DNA of 48,936 bases from Gemmatimonadota bacterium. Its GTDB lineage: Bacteria > Gemmatimonadota > Gemmatimonadetes > Gemmatimonadales > GWC2-71-9. The notes beneath the pieces were generated by a model. That model was not told the DNA's origin, ran no database searches, and saw only the letters and a program-made list of their open reading frames with translations. Location of the stretch: NCBI GenBank assembly GCA_036679605.1, contig JAZDCZ010000173.1, positions 1-48,936 of the forward strand. The letters are read 5' to 3'. Of this stretch, positions 47,907-48,936 are shown piece by piece. Position 1 is the first letter of the stretch, and the number at the start of each line of letters is the position of its first letter. The position numbers and the translations under genes are program-made.

Positions 47907-48712
47907 TCCTTCTCAACAGATGTCGTGCCGAGCCTAGTGAGAACGTAATATGCGCGGTTCTGTGTTACCACAAAAGTCGTTACCCGATACCCACGAGCGA
48001 AATAGTCGTGAAACGCGCGCCTGGTCGTGCTTCGCCACGCTACCGCAATGTCCGGGGTGTTCAACTTCAGGGATTGGATGTCGGGAGGTATTTCAAGGAG
48101 AACGGTGGGTTCTTCCGCGAAGTCGCCCTGGACACGACCTTCAAGTGCAGGGTCCGGCGCGATCGTGACGAAGGGAGCATTGCTTGGGTGAGCGTTGGTC
48201 TCCTCGCGACGTTCCCATCGGCTGGATAATTCCCACCGGACGACGAGTCTGTCGGAGCCAATCACGGTATTGGTTTTGGTGACCGATCCAAGGTCATACA
48301 TGTCATCCACATATTCTTCGACGACGGCCCCCAGTCGCACGAGGTTGAAGTGGGCATTTCGGGCCACGAGTGGATCGTAACTCCAAAAGGCTGTGTTGAT
48401 TCCCAGGTCAATTAGTCGGTCACGTTGGTACAGTTTGAGCATCCGACCGATGCCACGGTTACGAAGTCCATCTCGGACTGCCAGCATGTGAGACCAGTGG
48501 ACTATGCATCCCGCGCGGACGCCGCTGATGCCGAACACGCAGCCGATCATTCTCTGATCCTCAAACGCACCGGCTGCGATCCCTCCTACCTCTTGGCTGA
48601 TTTTGAGGACGGCCGGTGGGACCGTATCACCCGTGTCTGCGCCCCATATCTGATGCTGCAAGCTCACGCATTCCGCGTAATCGTTTGCGGAACGAAGTGC
48701 ACGAAGCTCCAC
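47903..48712 (-). CDS. GNAT acyltransferase (COG3375-like; candidate amino-acid N-succinyltransferase)
   Basis: SHMLAV, RGIGRMLKLYQR, WSYDPL.ARNAHFNL.RLGA, SDRLVVRW, IPPDIQ.L, WR..TR.AF. Confidence 0.88.
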   Translation of the reverse strand: MELRALRSANDYAECVSLQHQIWGADTGDTVPPAVLKISQEVGGIAAGAFEDQRMIGCVFGISGVRAGCIVHWSHMLAVRDGLRNRGIGRMLKLYQRDRLIDLGINTAFWSYDPLVARNAHFNLVRLGAVVEEYVDDMYDLGSVTKTNTVIGSDRLVVRWELSSRWERREETNAHPSNAPFVTIAPDPALEGRVQGDFAEEPTVLLEIPPDIQSLKLNTPDIAVAWRSTTRRAFHDYFARGYRVTTFVVTQNRAYYVLTRLGTTSVEKD

Positions 48713-48936
48713 TAGGCTCTCCCCGAGCTATCTTCCAAGCTGGAATTCTTTGCGTTTATGGGCGTTCAACAAGGACATGACACTTCAGATTTAGTGGTTG
48801 GGGCCAGGAGATACAAGAACAAGAGTTCTATGAAAGCGATTGTCAATGGCACACCTCGCCGCCGCCGATTGCTGGGGATTTTGTCCATGGGCAATCAGCC
48901 CTGACTGTTGAGGGGACGAGGCCTTCCGGTGCTTCT

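Noticed and set aside
1..48936. CRISPR-Cas, prophage, rRNA, retron/RT or multi-gene defence system
   Set aside because: No such genes or arrays were recognised. The only defence-like element is the single RHH-RelE pair.

Overview
This is a bacterial window of roughly 58-60% GC (estimated by eye). Gene content and order suggest Gemmatimonadota, which is an inference. The first ~2.7 kb is accessory and disrupted. It holds an IS3-family element whose orfA is fused head-to-head with a 5'-truncated S9 peptidase, then an RHH/RelE toxin-antitoxin pair with an apparently leaderless promoter, then a palindrome-rich spacer. Next come a cyclase/KynB-like lipoprotein, an AI-2E transporter, a zinc-ribbon membrane pseudokinase, proline dehydrogenase and a thioesterase. 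A stand-alone SusC/SusD pair follows, preceded by a ~270-nt highly structured leader, then a catalytically degenerate NfeD-like fusion and tRNA-Ser(CGA). The middle is mostly core genome: pyrR-pyrB-pyrC-aldolase, rpsT, site-2 protease-scpA-scpB-rluB, an uncharacterised Rossmann protein, and a MoxR/VWA/Bat cluster with fused BatB-C and BatD-E. That cluster is translationally coupled to mutL-miaA-bshA-uppP-birA-coaX-yyaL. The right end has a TPR/FG-GAP/ASPIC lipoprotein, DUF72, an NTF2-like protein, two membrane proteins and a GNAT-M20 pair. I found no CRISPR array, rRNA or prophage, and I cannot claim a clear-cut new system. The best leads are the candidate attenuator/riboswitch upstream of susC, three separate pseudo-enzymes, a variant MutL zinc motif and the Rossmann-MoxR/Bat-bacillithiol linkage. 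All family calls come from motif recognition; no searches were run.
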